Shown here: positions 16,412 to 24,189 of the stretch, piece after piece
Layout: each line of letters begins with the position of its first letter
How positions within the stretch are numbered: position 1 is the first letter of the stretch
Notes under the pieces: model-generated
The model's input: the letters and a program-made list of their open reading frames with translations, nothing else
Database searches by the model: none
Told to the model about the DNA's origin: nothing
Source: an uncultured archaeon
GTDB taxonomy: Archaea; Iainarchaeota; Iainarchaeia; Iainarchaeales; Iainarchaeaceae
Assembly: GCA_964577555.1 (NCBI GenBank)
Contig: CAZNZM010000002.1
Span: forward strand, 119,987-151,986
Direction of reading: 5' to 3'
DNA: 32,000 nt
Position numbers and translations under genes: made by a program

Positions 16412-17002
16412 TTATTTAGTTGCTTTGAAGACTGCCAGTTCTTCAAAGAACATTTTTTTTCTTGCAACTATTTTGAATTTTAGATTGTGTTTTTTGAGTT
16501 TTTTTTCGGTTTCTTTGTAATCGTTTATGTTTGTTTGCAGGAAGTAGCATGTTCCTCCTTTGTTTAGGTGGTTTGGGAATTCTTCTATGAATTTGTCCAG
16601 TATTTCTCTTCCTTTTTTGCCTCCGTCAAGGTCCGCGTATTTTATTTCTTCTGTTTCTACGTATGGAGGGTTGAATACTATTAAATCAAATTTTTCTGGG
16701 GCTTTTTTGAAGAGGTCTGATTTTCTTGTTTCTACTTTTTCGGAGAAACCCGCTATTTTGCAATTTTTTTTGGTTGCTTTTAGGCATTCTTGGTTTATGT
16801 CTGTTGCAATTACGTGTGAGGCTCCTTTAATTAGGATGTTTATTGTTTGTATTCCTGTTCCGCAGCCAATATCTATTGCAAAATCTTTTTTTTTGGGTTT
16901 TGTGGCTTGTGCTAGCAAGTATGAGTCTTCTGCCGGCACGTATACGTTTTTTGGACATTCAAAGAGTTTTTCTTTGAAGTAAAATTTTGTTTGGTTGTTC
17001 AT
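16412..17002 (-). CDS. HemK/Mtq2-type SAM-dependent methyltransferase (release-factor glutamine N5 type)
   Basis: SAM-binding motif DIGCGTGIQTI and catalytic motif VFNPPYV (NPPY). At 196 aa it matches the archaeal Mtq2 size. Confidence 0.85.
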   Translation of the reverse strand: MNNQTKFYFKEKLFECPKNVYVPAEDSYLLAQATKPKKKDFAIDIGCGTGIQTINILIKGASHVIATDINQECLKATKKNCKIAGFSEKVETRKSDLFKKAPEKFDLIVFNPPYVETEEIKYADLDGGKKGREILDKFIEEFPNHLNKGGTCYFLQTNINDYKETEKKLKKHNLKFKIVARKKMFFEELAVFKATK

Positions 17003-17016
17003 TATTTTTACCGTTT

Positions 17017-18210
17017 TTATTGTGTTTTTGTTTCTTCTTCGTTTTTTTTGCAGTTTTCGTATTCCGGGTGGATTGCGCAGAATGATTTTTCAAGCATGAA
17101 TAGGTGGGTTGTTTCTTTGCAGTCTATTAATATTGTTCCTGCTCTTTCTATTCCTAATTCTTCTGCGGTTTTTTTGGCTGTGTTGTAAATAATGTTTTTA
17201 TTGTTGTAGCATTGCATGAATGCATTTGTGTCGATTTTTGCTCTGTTTAGTGCTATGTCCAGTTCTATTTGGGTTAGCGGTTTTCCGTAGTGGTTGCTTA
17301 GGGTCCAACACCCGTTTATTTCCGGTTCCGTTAAAATTGTTGGGTCACCGTTGAATGGGTTGTTGCAGTATATTCCTGCCATTGCATATTCCATTTCAAT
17401 GAATTTTCCTTGCATTGATGCACAAGTCAGGAATATGTTTCCTAGTATTGCATTTTCGTCGGCTGATGCTTGTGTTTGGGCGTACATGAATTTTATGTCG
17501 GTTCCTTGGTTATAGTCTTTTATGAAGTCGTAGAGTATTCTTCTTGATTTTGTGTTTTCTGGGTTATAGAAGTCGTCAAAAATTGTTATTGTTGGTTTTT
17601 CCGAGCAAAACTCGGGTACTTTTTTTAGGAAATATACTGGGAAGTATGCTTGCAGGTCAAGATTTAATTCTGGAGCTATGTATGCGTTGAATTTTTTTGC
17701 CATTTTGCCAAGGGCTACTTGGGCGTCGAAATCTGCTTTTGTTTTTGGATAGAATTTCAATTTTTCGGCTTCTATTATTGCTGTAGGCACTCTGTCTATT
17801 CCGAATCTTTCTATTATTTTTTTGCCTTCTTTCGTGCTTGCTTCTATTTTTGTCAGGTTGTATTTTATGTTTCTTATATTGAATAGTTCTTCAAAAGTGT
17901 TTGTTTCCCTGCATTTTTTGCAGTCTTTTGAGTATATCATTGTCACTTCTATTGTTCTGTATGCTGTGTCGTTGGTGTTTATATTGTTTGTTTGGTTGTT
18001 TTGGTCTTCGTTTGGTTCAGGTTTTGGTTTGTAGAATGTAATAAAAATTGCTGTTGTTATTAGTACTCCAAGTATGAAAACCATTATCAATAAGTAGATT
18101 GGAGGGTTTTTGTTTTCTGTGTTTTCTTTTTTAATTCCTGTTTCCAGAAATTTTTCTTTTTTTTCTTTTATTTCTTGTGGTATTGATTTGCTTTTTTTTG
18201 TTTCTTTCAT
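17017..18210 (-). CDS. Membrane-anchored protein with a thioredoxin-like CxxC domain and a DsbA-like domain lacking the CxxC
   Basis: It has an N-terminal TM (IYLLIMVFILGVLITTAIFITF). The first domain carries YSKDCKKCRE. The second resembles DsbA (TIFDDFYNPENTKSRR where FxDFxCPxC is expected, and CASMQGKFIEMEYAM like the qgkFwefhd helix). Confidence 0.55.
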   Translation of the reverse strand: MKETKKSKSIPQEIKEKKEKFLETGIKKENTENKNPPIYLLIMVFILGVLITTAIFITFYKPKPEPNEDQNNQTNNINTNDTAYRTIEVTMIYSKDCKKCRETNTFEELFNIRNIKYNLTKIEASTKEGKKIIERFGIDRVPTAIIEAEKLKFYPKTKADFDAQVALGKMAKKFNAYIAPELNLDLQAYFPVYFLKKVPEFCSEKPTITIFDDFYNPENTKSRRILYDFIKDYNQGTDIKFMYAQTQASADENAILGNIFLTCASMQGKFIEMEYAMAGIYCNNPFNGDPTILTEPEINGCWTLSNHYGKPLTQIELDIALNRAKIDTNAFMQCYNNKNIIYNTAKKTAEELGIERAGTILIDCKETTHLFMLEKSFCAIHPEYENCKKNEEETKTQ

Positions 18211-18262
18211 TGCGATTCACTTTTAACCTTTATTATTTGATTTTATTAGGCATAATTTTTAA

Positions 18263-19018
18263 ATGGTGTCATTTTTGTTAGCTGATTCGCATTGTCATTT
18301 GGATTGGTTTAAAAATCCTGAAAAAGAGGTAGAAAAGGCTAAATTAGCCGGTGTCATGGCAATTCTTTCAAATTCTACTGATTTTAAGTCAATTGAAGCT
18401 AATCTTCGTTTGGCAAAGGATTTTGAAATGGTTAAGTGCGCTATTGGAATTCATCCTGTTGACCTTTTGCAAATTCCTGTTTCTGATTTGTCTTTGTTGT
18501 CGGATTTTGTCGAGAAGAATGTTGGCGGTGCTGTTGCGATTGGCGAGGTTGGCATGGATTTTAAGCGAGCCGTTTCATTTGAGCAAAGGTCGCTTCAAGA
18601 ATTTTTTTTCAGGAAATTTGTGGAACTGGCTGTTAAAAAAAATCTTCCCGTGGTGGTTCATGCTCGTTATTGTGAAACCGAGTGTCTTGATATTCTTGAG
18701 GAAATGGGTGTGAAGAAGGTTCATATGCATTGGTTTACCAACAGCAAAAAGACTTCTGCAAGGGCTGTTAGTCTTGGTTATAAAATTTCTTGTGGTCCAA
18801 TAATTTTGTCTGACAATAAATCAGCCGATGTTGTCAAAGAAATTCCAATTGAGAGTCTTATGCTTGAAACAGACGCCCCAGTTGAATTTGGCGGTTGCAA
18901 ATCCACGCCTTCTTGGATACGGCATGTTTGTTTGAAAGTCGCAGAGTTGAAAAATATTCCGCCGGAAGAAGTTTCTCGGGTTACGGGCAAGAATTTTGCC
19001 AATTTTTATGGGAAATGA
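18263..19018 (+). CDS. tatD: TatD-family metal-dependent hydrolase/DNase
   Basis: N-terminal DSHCHLD, then AIGEVGMDF, VVVHAR, HMHWF and LETDAP in family order. Confidence 0.9.
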   Translation: MVSFLLADSHCHLDWFKNPEKEVEKAKLAGVMAILSNSTDFKSIEANLRLAKDFEMVKCAIGIHPVDLLQIPVSDLSLLSDFVEKNVGGAVAIGEVGMDFKRAVSFEQRSLQEFFFRKFVELAVKKNLPVVVHARYCETECLDILEEMGVKKVHMHWFTNSKKTSARAVSLGYKISCGPIILSDNKSADVVKEIPIESLMLETDAPVEFGGCKSTPSWIRHVCLKVAELKNIPPEEVSRVTGKNFANFYGK

Positions 19019-19062
19019 TTTTTTTGGTTAGGTTTATAACCATTTTCAATAAGTTTGTCTTT

Positions 19063-19422
19063 ATGGGTCCTGTAACAGTGTTCTTGGCTGTTTTGATTGT
19101 TGGATTGGTTATTGGTCATTTGTTGCTTTTTGTTTTGGACAAAAAAAGTTCGCTTGGTTTGATTGCACATTATGTTAAGTCTGACAATAATTCGGTCTCA
19201 AAGAACATTTATCCTCCTTTGTCAAGTTCTTTCGAGCCGCAATCAGAAGATCTTTATTCAAAAAATCTTGTGTTGGAGCGCAAGCTTGAATTGGCTCATT
19301 TGAGGCTTCAGAAAATGGAGCGAGAATTGAGGGCTATGCAAGTTGCAAAAGCCGAAAAGGGCGAATTTATTGATTTAAGGGAAAATTCAGAAAAAAAGAA
19401 GCCTTTGAAAAAGAAAAAGTGA
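19063..19422 (+). CDS. Small membrane-anchored coiled-coil protein
   Basis: The ATG at 19063 gives an N-terminal TM (MGPVTVFLAVLIVGLVIGHLLLFVL), followed by a coiled-coil-like LELAHLRLQKMERELRAMQ and a Lys-rich end. The upstream part of the track ORF overlaps tatD and is unlikely to be coding. Confidence 0.5.
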   Translation: MGPVTVFLAVLIVGLVIGHLLLFVLDKKSSLGLIAHYVKSDNNSVSKNIYPPLSSSFEPQSEDLYSKNLVLERKLELAHLRLQKMERELRAMQVAKAEKGEFIDLRENSEKKKPLKKKK

Positions 19423-19592
19423 CCTTGGCATTTTTTTTAATTCTGGCAATTTTTACTTTTTGAAAATTTGTTAATTGATTTTGTTTTGATTTTTTTTGCT
19501 CAGCCAAGAATGTGGCGTTTTTTTTCTCAGAGTTTGGCTTTTATGTAAAATGTTTCTATGCAACCCTTTTTTTTTGCGAAATCGTTTTTTTT

Positions 19593-19619
19593 AAACCATT
19601 TTTTCAAAAACAATGGTTT
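19593..19619. terminator. Hairpin flanked by T-runs on both strands in a convergent spacer (candidate bidirectional terminator)
   Basis: aaaccatt (19593-19600) and aatggttt (19612-19619) are perfect complements with an 11-nt loop. T8 precedes the hairpin and T-rich sequence follows it. It lies between convergent genes ending at 19422 and 19647. Confidence 0.25.
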
Positions 19620-19646
19620 TTGTTTTTTGCCGGATTTTTTTTTAAT

Positions 19647-20372
19647 TTAATTTGATTTTTCTGCTTTTTTGTTTTTCCATGTTTTTCTTTCTCCTAAGTC
19701 GGCAGAGTTGTTTCTCAAGTGCTTTGCCACGATGCTTGCTGCTCCGACAACTGGTTCAAGATCGTCCCCTTTTGGCAGAAAATTTATTTTTTGATTTTTG
19801 ACTTTTAATGGAGCCCCGTCAACTATTATTTTTGCATCTACTACTATACTTGAAAGCATTTCTGATATTTTTTCAATTGCATCTGCTTCTATTTGATTAA
19901 GGTTTTTTCCGTTGTTTCTTGCAAGGTCTATTGCTTTTGAGTTTATTGCAAATGAAACCGAAGCCAGCATTTTTTCCGACACGATTTTTTCTTTTTTTGG
20001 AATGTCTTTTGTCTTTTTGCTGTCTCTTAATTCTCTCATAGAATTTGTATCTGCCAGAACCCCTGTAATCACCATTGGCCCTGTTCTTTCTCCCCTGCCT
20101 GTTTCATCAATGCCTATTATAAAATCCTCTTTGAGCCCGAGCATTGAAAGTATTTCCTCTTTTACTTTAGTGGCTTCGATTCCTTGTATAGAAAGTTTTC
20201 CTGAATTGTATAATGTTATTGTGCACCCCATGTGTCTTGCCCTTTTTTCTTCAAAGTAATTTGTTACTTCAGCCTTTTCGTAATTTGACATTATTTCCTT
20301 GATCTTTTCTTTTTCATTTATTCCGAAGTTAAGAGTTTCCTGCATGTTCTTCACCCATGATTTTATTTTCAC
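19647..20372 (-). CDS. Type 2 RNase H with an RNase HIII-like N-terminal (DUF3378/TBP-like) domain
   Basis: The N-terminal CTITLYNSGKLSIQG matches the RNase HIII N-domain signature. The catalytic core has GIDETGRGERTGPMV, RDSKK, IIVDG and VVGAASIVAKHLRN. The start is uncertain (20372, 20345 or 20291), and 20372 would overlap truD by 44 nt. Confidence 0.75.
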   Translation of the reverse strand: MKIKSWVKNMQETLNFGINEKEKIKEIMSNYEKAEVTNYFEEKRARHMGCTITLYNSGKLSIQGIEATKVKEEILSMLGLKEDFIIGIDETGRGERTGPMVITGVLADTNSMRELRDSKKTKDIPKKEKIVSEKMLASVSFAINSKAIDLARNNGKNLNQIEADAIEKISEMLSSIVVDAKIIVDGAPLKVKNQKINFLPKGDDLEPVVGAASIVAKHLRNNSADLGERKTWKNKKAEKSN

Positions 20373-21369
20373 ATAACGCTTTTAATGACTTGACAAGGAT
20401 TGTGGCATAGCAACCTTTTCTGAGTTTGAATTCCAATACGCAATTTTCTTCAAAAAAAGTTGTTTTTGGTTGTTCAGCTTTGAAAAAAGTTTTTCTTGTC
20501 AATTCTGTTTTGGCTGGAAAAATCGGAGGTATTATTATGTTTCTTTTTATTCCATGATGACTGAATTTTATTGGAAATTTTTTTCCTGAAATTTCTATTT
20601 GCGGTATTTCTTTTTTGTTTTGCTTTTCTATTAAGCTTTTCAGTTTTAAATTGAATTGCATTGCTTGGCTTGCCTTGCATGCAATTGAAACCGATTTTCT
20701 TTCAAGCAGGTTAATGCAATCTTTAAAGTTTTTCCCGTTTTCTAATTCTTTGAAAAATATTTTTTTTGTTTCTGGAATTTTTTTGTTTTTTAAAATTTTT
20801 TTCCAGTTGCCCCAATTGTTTTTAATGTATTCTTTTATGTTTTTGGATTTTTCAGTTTCAAAACAGTCATGGTTTGTAAGTATTTCTTTTGCAGCAGCTT
20901 CATAATTTTCATTTACCAGTAATTCTCCTGCTTTTATGCTTTTACCGTGGAATCTTTGTTCGTCAAAATAATTTGGAAAAGTTTCATGTTTAAGGATTTT
21001 CGGAATAAGAGTTTTTTCTTTTTCGCTTATTTTTGAAAGTTTTATAATGAATTTGTTGGCAGTGTGCATTCCTACAAAAATTCTTTTGTTTGAAGCGCCA
21101 ACGTATTCCAAATTTATTCTTTCGTCGTTTGGTTCAGCCAAGTATTTTTTTGAGCATATCCATTGAATTGACGTTGATTTTGCATCTTTTAATCCGGAAT
21201 AGTATATAGCTGTTTTGTTTTGTTTTCCAATTAATTTTATTGCGTTTGAAGAATCAATGCCAGATTTTTCCAGTATATAATATTTGTATTTCCCGTTGTT
21301 GTTTTTTTCAAGTTTCAAATCAAGTATTTCTTGGACAATAAAATTTGATTCGTTTTTTTCAAATAGCAT
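20329..21369 (-). CDS. truD: tRNA pseudouridine synthase TruD/Pus7 family
   Basis: N-terminal FIVQE, catalytic-Asp motif SGLKDAKSTSIQW (GxKD..a.T.Q), PNYFDEQRFHG and C-terminal KGCYATILVKSL follow the TruD order. Confidence 0.8.
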   Translation of the reverse strand: MLFEKNESNFIVQEILDLKLEKNNNGKYKYYILEKSGIDSSNAIKLIGKQNKTAIYYSGLKDAKSTSIQWICSKKYLAEPNDERINLEYVGASNKRIFVGMHTANKFIIKLSKISEKEKTLIPKILKHETFPNYFDEQRFHGKSIKAGELLVNENYEAAAKEILTNHDCFETEKSKNIKEYIKNNWGNWKKILKNKKIPETKKIFFKELENGKNFKDCINLLERKSVSIACKASQAMQFNLKLKSLIEKQNKKEIPQIEISGKKFPIKFSHHGIKRNIIIPPIFPAKTELTRKTFFKAEQPKTTFFEENCVLEFKLRKGCYATILVKSLKALCENKIMGEEHAGNS

Positions 21370-21487
21370 ATTAGTAAATTGTTTGCAATGTATTATTAGG
21401 CTTTAAGGCGTATCATTGCGGGTTTGGTTTTAGGTTTTGTAAGTTTTTTAAATTTTATCATAGTTAAATATAATTCAAGGTGTTTAA

Positions 21488-22642
21488 TTGGCTAATTATA
21501 ATGTTTTGAAATCATTTATTTTTTTTGGTTTTGTTGGTTTTGTTTTTGTAATTTTTTTAGGTGCTATCTTTATAATTACTAATAAAGAAAAAATTATAAT
21601 TTCAGAAAGTCCTAATTCCCAGAAAAATAGCGGTTTGGCAAACGATGTTGAAATTGAAAATTTGAAAAGCAAGGTTGTTTTTCTTGAAAAAGAAAAAGAT
21701 GAATTGATTGCAAAGCAAAGAGAACTAGAGCAAGAAAATAAATCTTGTTCTGCTGAGTATTCTGATTTATTTGCTGATATTAATGTAACTATTTATGAAT
21801 TAAACCGCAGGGAGCAATTAATAAGAAGTTCATTAAATTGGTTTAAAGAAAATTCTGATTTGAAAAATATTGTGGATGATTCTTATAGAACTATTTTGAA
21901 TAGGTATTGTTTTAAAATTTCAGATTCAGATTGTAAGTTGCATTTAGGTTGTTTGTATTTGATAAACGAAAAAGAATTCAGATTATATTATAGAAACGAT
22001 AAAAATTCTGATAATAATGGTGATCAGCTTTTTAATTTAAAAGAATTTTTGTCTAGGAAAGGCGGGGATTGTGAAGATTTTTCTCTTTTTTTTAAAGCAG
22101 AGGTTAATGAATTTCTTAGAGGATGTGGCGACGTAGAAAATAAAAAAGTTAAAATGCTGACTTATGCTGATTGGAAAAAAGGATTTGGAGAATATGAAAC
22201 TCAATTTTTTTTGGATTTTTTGGAAAGAAATTGGTATATTCCTCAAGTAAATCGCATATGGTTGGATGATTATAAATATCCTGTTGTTGTCTGTGGCAAC
22301 ATGTATGATCTTCAATCGAAAAAGGTGAACGGGCATTGTATAATTGCTTTGCTTAAAAACAAGCCAATTGACAAAAATTCTTTGTTTACTGAGCTTAATA
22401 ATTCTCCTTTAATCGAACCTCAAAGCGGAGAGTTTGTCGGTTATTTAAATTCTGCTTCGTCAAATATATTATTAAAAGACGAGTATGTCGGTGATGAAAA
22501 TTCTTCAATAACTTCAATTATTACTGATGAAGACTATTTTTTGTATGATAATTTCACAAGTCCACATTGGATTAATTATTCATTTTATTTGGAAAGAATT
22601 ATTAAATCAAAAAGCGAATTGGAGGAATTTCTTTCTGAATGA
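21488..22642 (+). CDS. Membrane-anchored coiled-coil protein with a transglutaminase-like Cys-His core
   Basis: TTG start with aaggtg 6 nt upstream; there is no in-frame ATG until far downstream. It has an N-terminal TM, a coiled coil (LKSKVVFLEKEKDELIAKQRELEQE), then GGDCEDFSLFFKA (nucleophile Cys context) and VNGHCIIAL (His). Confidence 0.55.
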   Translation: MANYNVLKSFIFFGFVGFVFVIFLGAIFIITNKEKIIISESPNSQKNSGLANDVEIENLKSKVVFLEKEKDELIAKQRELEQENKSCSAEYSDLFADINVTIYELNRREQLIRSSLNWFKENSDLKNIVDDSYRTILNRYCFKISDSDCKLHLGCLYLINEKEFRLYYRNDKNSDNNGDQLFNLKEFLSRKGGDCEDFSLFFKAEVNEFLRGCGDVENKKVKMLTYADWKKGFGEYETQFFLDFLERNWYIPQVNRIWLDDYKYPVVVCGNMYDLQSKKVNGHCIIALLKNKPIDKNSLFTELNNSPLIEPQSGEFVGYLNSASSNILLKDEYVGDENSSITSIITDEDYFLYDNFTSPHWINYSFYLERIIKSKSELEEFLSE

Positions 22643-22808
22643 AGCATTTTTGATTTGTTTATTTTTTTTGTCCATCAGTTCGAACCAGTTTCAGCATCTT
22701 TTCACATCTTAGCTTTCTCTTTGTCATCATCGGACGAATATTCTTTGTTTGGTTTGTTTTTAAATATTTATTTTTATTGTCTTTTGCGGTTTTTTTTAGC
22801 AATTTTTT

Positions 22809-23219
22809 TTAGTTTTGTTTTGGCATTTTTTCTAATTTGAATTCTATTGTATCGTTGTTTTTTGGCATAATGCTTGAAACTCCCTTGTCTGAATATTTTC
22901 CATTGACGTATATTGCGATGTATTCGTTGTTATTTGGTTTTAATCCTTCTATTTCAGTTATAAATGCGCCGTAGGTGTATTTTTTGTAATTAAAATTCAC
23001 GCCTGATTTCAGAAGCATCTCAAAAAGGTTTTGTTCTTTTTTGTCGACAATTTGTTTTTCAACAATTGTTTTGTTTTGGGAGTCAATTATTTTCAATTTA
23101 ATTTTTATGGTGTCGCTTGTTGGGTTTAACTGCGAGGCGTTATTTTCTTTGTTTTCTATTTGTATACATCCGTTTGCTAAAATAAGAAGTAGCAGTATTG
23201 CAATGATTTTTGTTTTCAT
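22809..23219 (-). CDS. DUF4430-family lipoprotein (transcobalamin-like small-molecule binding fold)
   Basis: Signal peptide plus lipobox (LILANGC). The C-terminal pattern YGAFITEIEGLKPNNNEYIAIYVNGKYSDKGVSSIMPKNNDTIEF matches the DUF4430 signature (YG.fI..I.G......W.y.VNG.....G......GD.i.f). Confidence 0.7.
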   Translation of the reverse strand: MKTKIIAILLLLILANGCIQIENKENNASQLNPTSDTIKIKLKIIDSQNKTIVEKQIVDKKEQNLFEMLLKSGVNFNYKKYTYGAFITEIEGLKPNNNEYIAIYVNGKYSDKGVSSIMPKNNDTIEFKLEKMPKQN

Positions 23220-23746
23220 AGTTCCAACCTTAGCGTGACAATTGTGTTTTTTAAATTTGAAAGTGCGGTGTTAATTTCTTTTGATGCTTGCATGTCAAGG
23301 AATGGCGATATTATTGTAATTGCAAAAATTCCTGATATTAAATGCATTATCGTGAATGGTATTTGCATTATTATTGTTGTAAGAAGGTCTTGTTTGAATA
23401 TTATTGTGCTCATTCCCGGGCCTGTTATGATGTCAAATAGGAGTATTCCGAATATTCCGCGTGTGACAAATAATTTTAACCCGGGTTTTTTTCTTTTCAT
23501 TTCTAAATGCAGTATTAGTGCTATTATGGCATATGTGCTGCTTGTTACTATTGTCCAAATTCCTATTCCGCTTGTAAAATAGTCAAAGACAGCCATTGTT
23601 GTGAATGCGAATGTTGGTGCTTTCCACCATTTTTCGTTTTTTGCCGCAGGAACTACAAATCCTATTATTGGGTCGGAGTTTGGGAATATGTGTAAGAACC
23701 TGTAAATGTTTGAAATAATTGATCCTATTATATATTTTGGCGTCAT
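23216..23746 (-). CDS. Multi-pass membrane protein, possibly an ECF-type S-component
   Basis: 176 aa with 5-6 TM helices. It overlaps the DUF4430 gene start by 4 nt, and DUF4430 genes commonly pair with ECF S-components. The assignment is by context, not motif. Confidence 0.4.
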   Translation of the reverse strand: MTPKYIIGSIISNIYRFLHIFPNSDPIIGFVVPAAKNEKWWKAPTFAFTTMAVFDYFTSGIGIWTIVTSSTYAIIALILHLEMKRKKPGLKLFVTRGIFGILLFDIITGPGMSTIIFKQDLLTTIIMQIPFTIMHLISGIFAITIISPFLDMQASKEINTALSNLKNTIVTLRLEL

Positions 23747-24007
23747 AGTTTATTATGAATTTTTTAGTGGTGTTGTGTTTAAATTTAGTTTGCAAGCCAA
23801 ATTTAAATTGGTGAATTATATTACTTCTTCTATCAATTTTACAAATTCTATTAGTTTTTCTTTTTCTGTTGGTGTAATATTTTTGGCTTCGATATATACT
23901 GTTTGTGTGTCTGGGTCTATTGCTATTATATTGTAATTTGTTTGATTTTCTGATTCGTTGATTAGAGTGTAGGAGTTGTTGCCTAATGGGTTGTCTTCTT
24001 TTTTGGA
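23419..24007. repeat. Left copy of a segmental direct repeat flanking the Fic/Doc cassette
   Basis: It matches 25267-25670. It covers the 5' part of gene 23216..23746, the spacer, and the last about 64 codons of a copy of gene 25479..26207. Confidence 0.85.
23816..24007 (-). pseudogene. Truncated duplicate of the 3' end of gene 25479..26207
   Basis: The encoded KKEDNPLGNNSYTLINESENQTNYNIIAIDPDTQTVYIEAKNITPTEKEKLIEFVKLIEEVI is identical to the C-terminus of the full gene. Identity stops at 24007 and no N-terminal part is present. Confidence 0.8.
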
Positions 24008-24091
24008 TGTTCTGGCGAAATCGCACTCCAAAAATAAAGAAGGTTGATGTTTTCACGAAAAAGCAAAATGTCAAAAAATTCTGACACGTAG

Positions 24092-24184
24092 TTTAAGCTA
24101 ACAATTTTTATGGTTTTTGTTAGCCTAAAAGAACAAAATTGCAAATTTAGGCTAACTATTTTAAATAACTTTGTTAGCCTAAAA
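24092..24184. promoter_or_regulatory. Two tandem 54-bp units, each an 11-bp inverted repeat GTTAGCCTAAA with a 16-nt spacer, ending 5 nt before the Fic/Doc ATG (candidate operator)
   Basis: Half-sites are tttaagctaac (24092-24102, inverted, 1 mismatch), tttgttagcctaaaa (24116-24130), tttaggctaac (24146-24156, inverted) and tttgttagcctaaaa (24170-24184). A TATA-like ttttaaata lies at about 24159-24167. Confidence 0.5.
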
Positions 24185-24189
24185 TCAAT

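Noticed and set aside
15301-16467. The N-terminal 33-codon extension of the DRG ORF given in the track
   Set aside because: It would overlap the end of the upstream methyltransferase gene by 56 nt. The DRG-family N-terminus aligns from the Met at 16368.
22671-22735. Non-T-rich patch containing gttcgaac (tRNA T-loop-like) and a 23-codon basic ORF on the - strand (MMTKRKLRCEKMLKLVRTDGQKK)
   Set aside because: No acceptor, D or anticodon arms can be built around the T-loop-like sequence. The mini-ORF matches no small ribosomal or other protein I can name.
23583-24074. ORF 23583..24074 (-) and its partial twin 25450..25692 (-), both Arg/Lys/Gln/Asn-rich
   Set aside because: They are alternative frames running across a gene, a spacer and the duplicated gene end. 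The similarity between the two is simply the DNA duplication, not evidence of coding.
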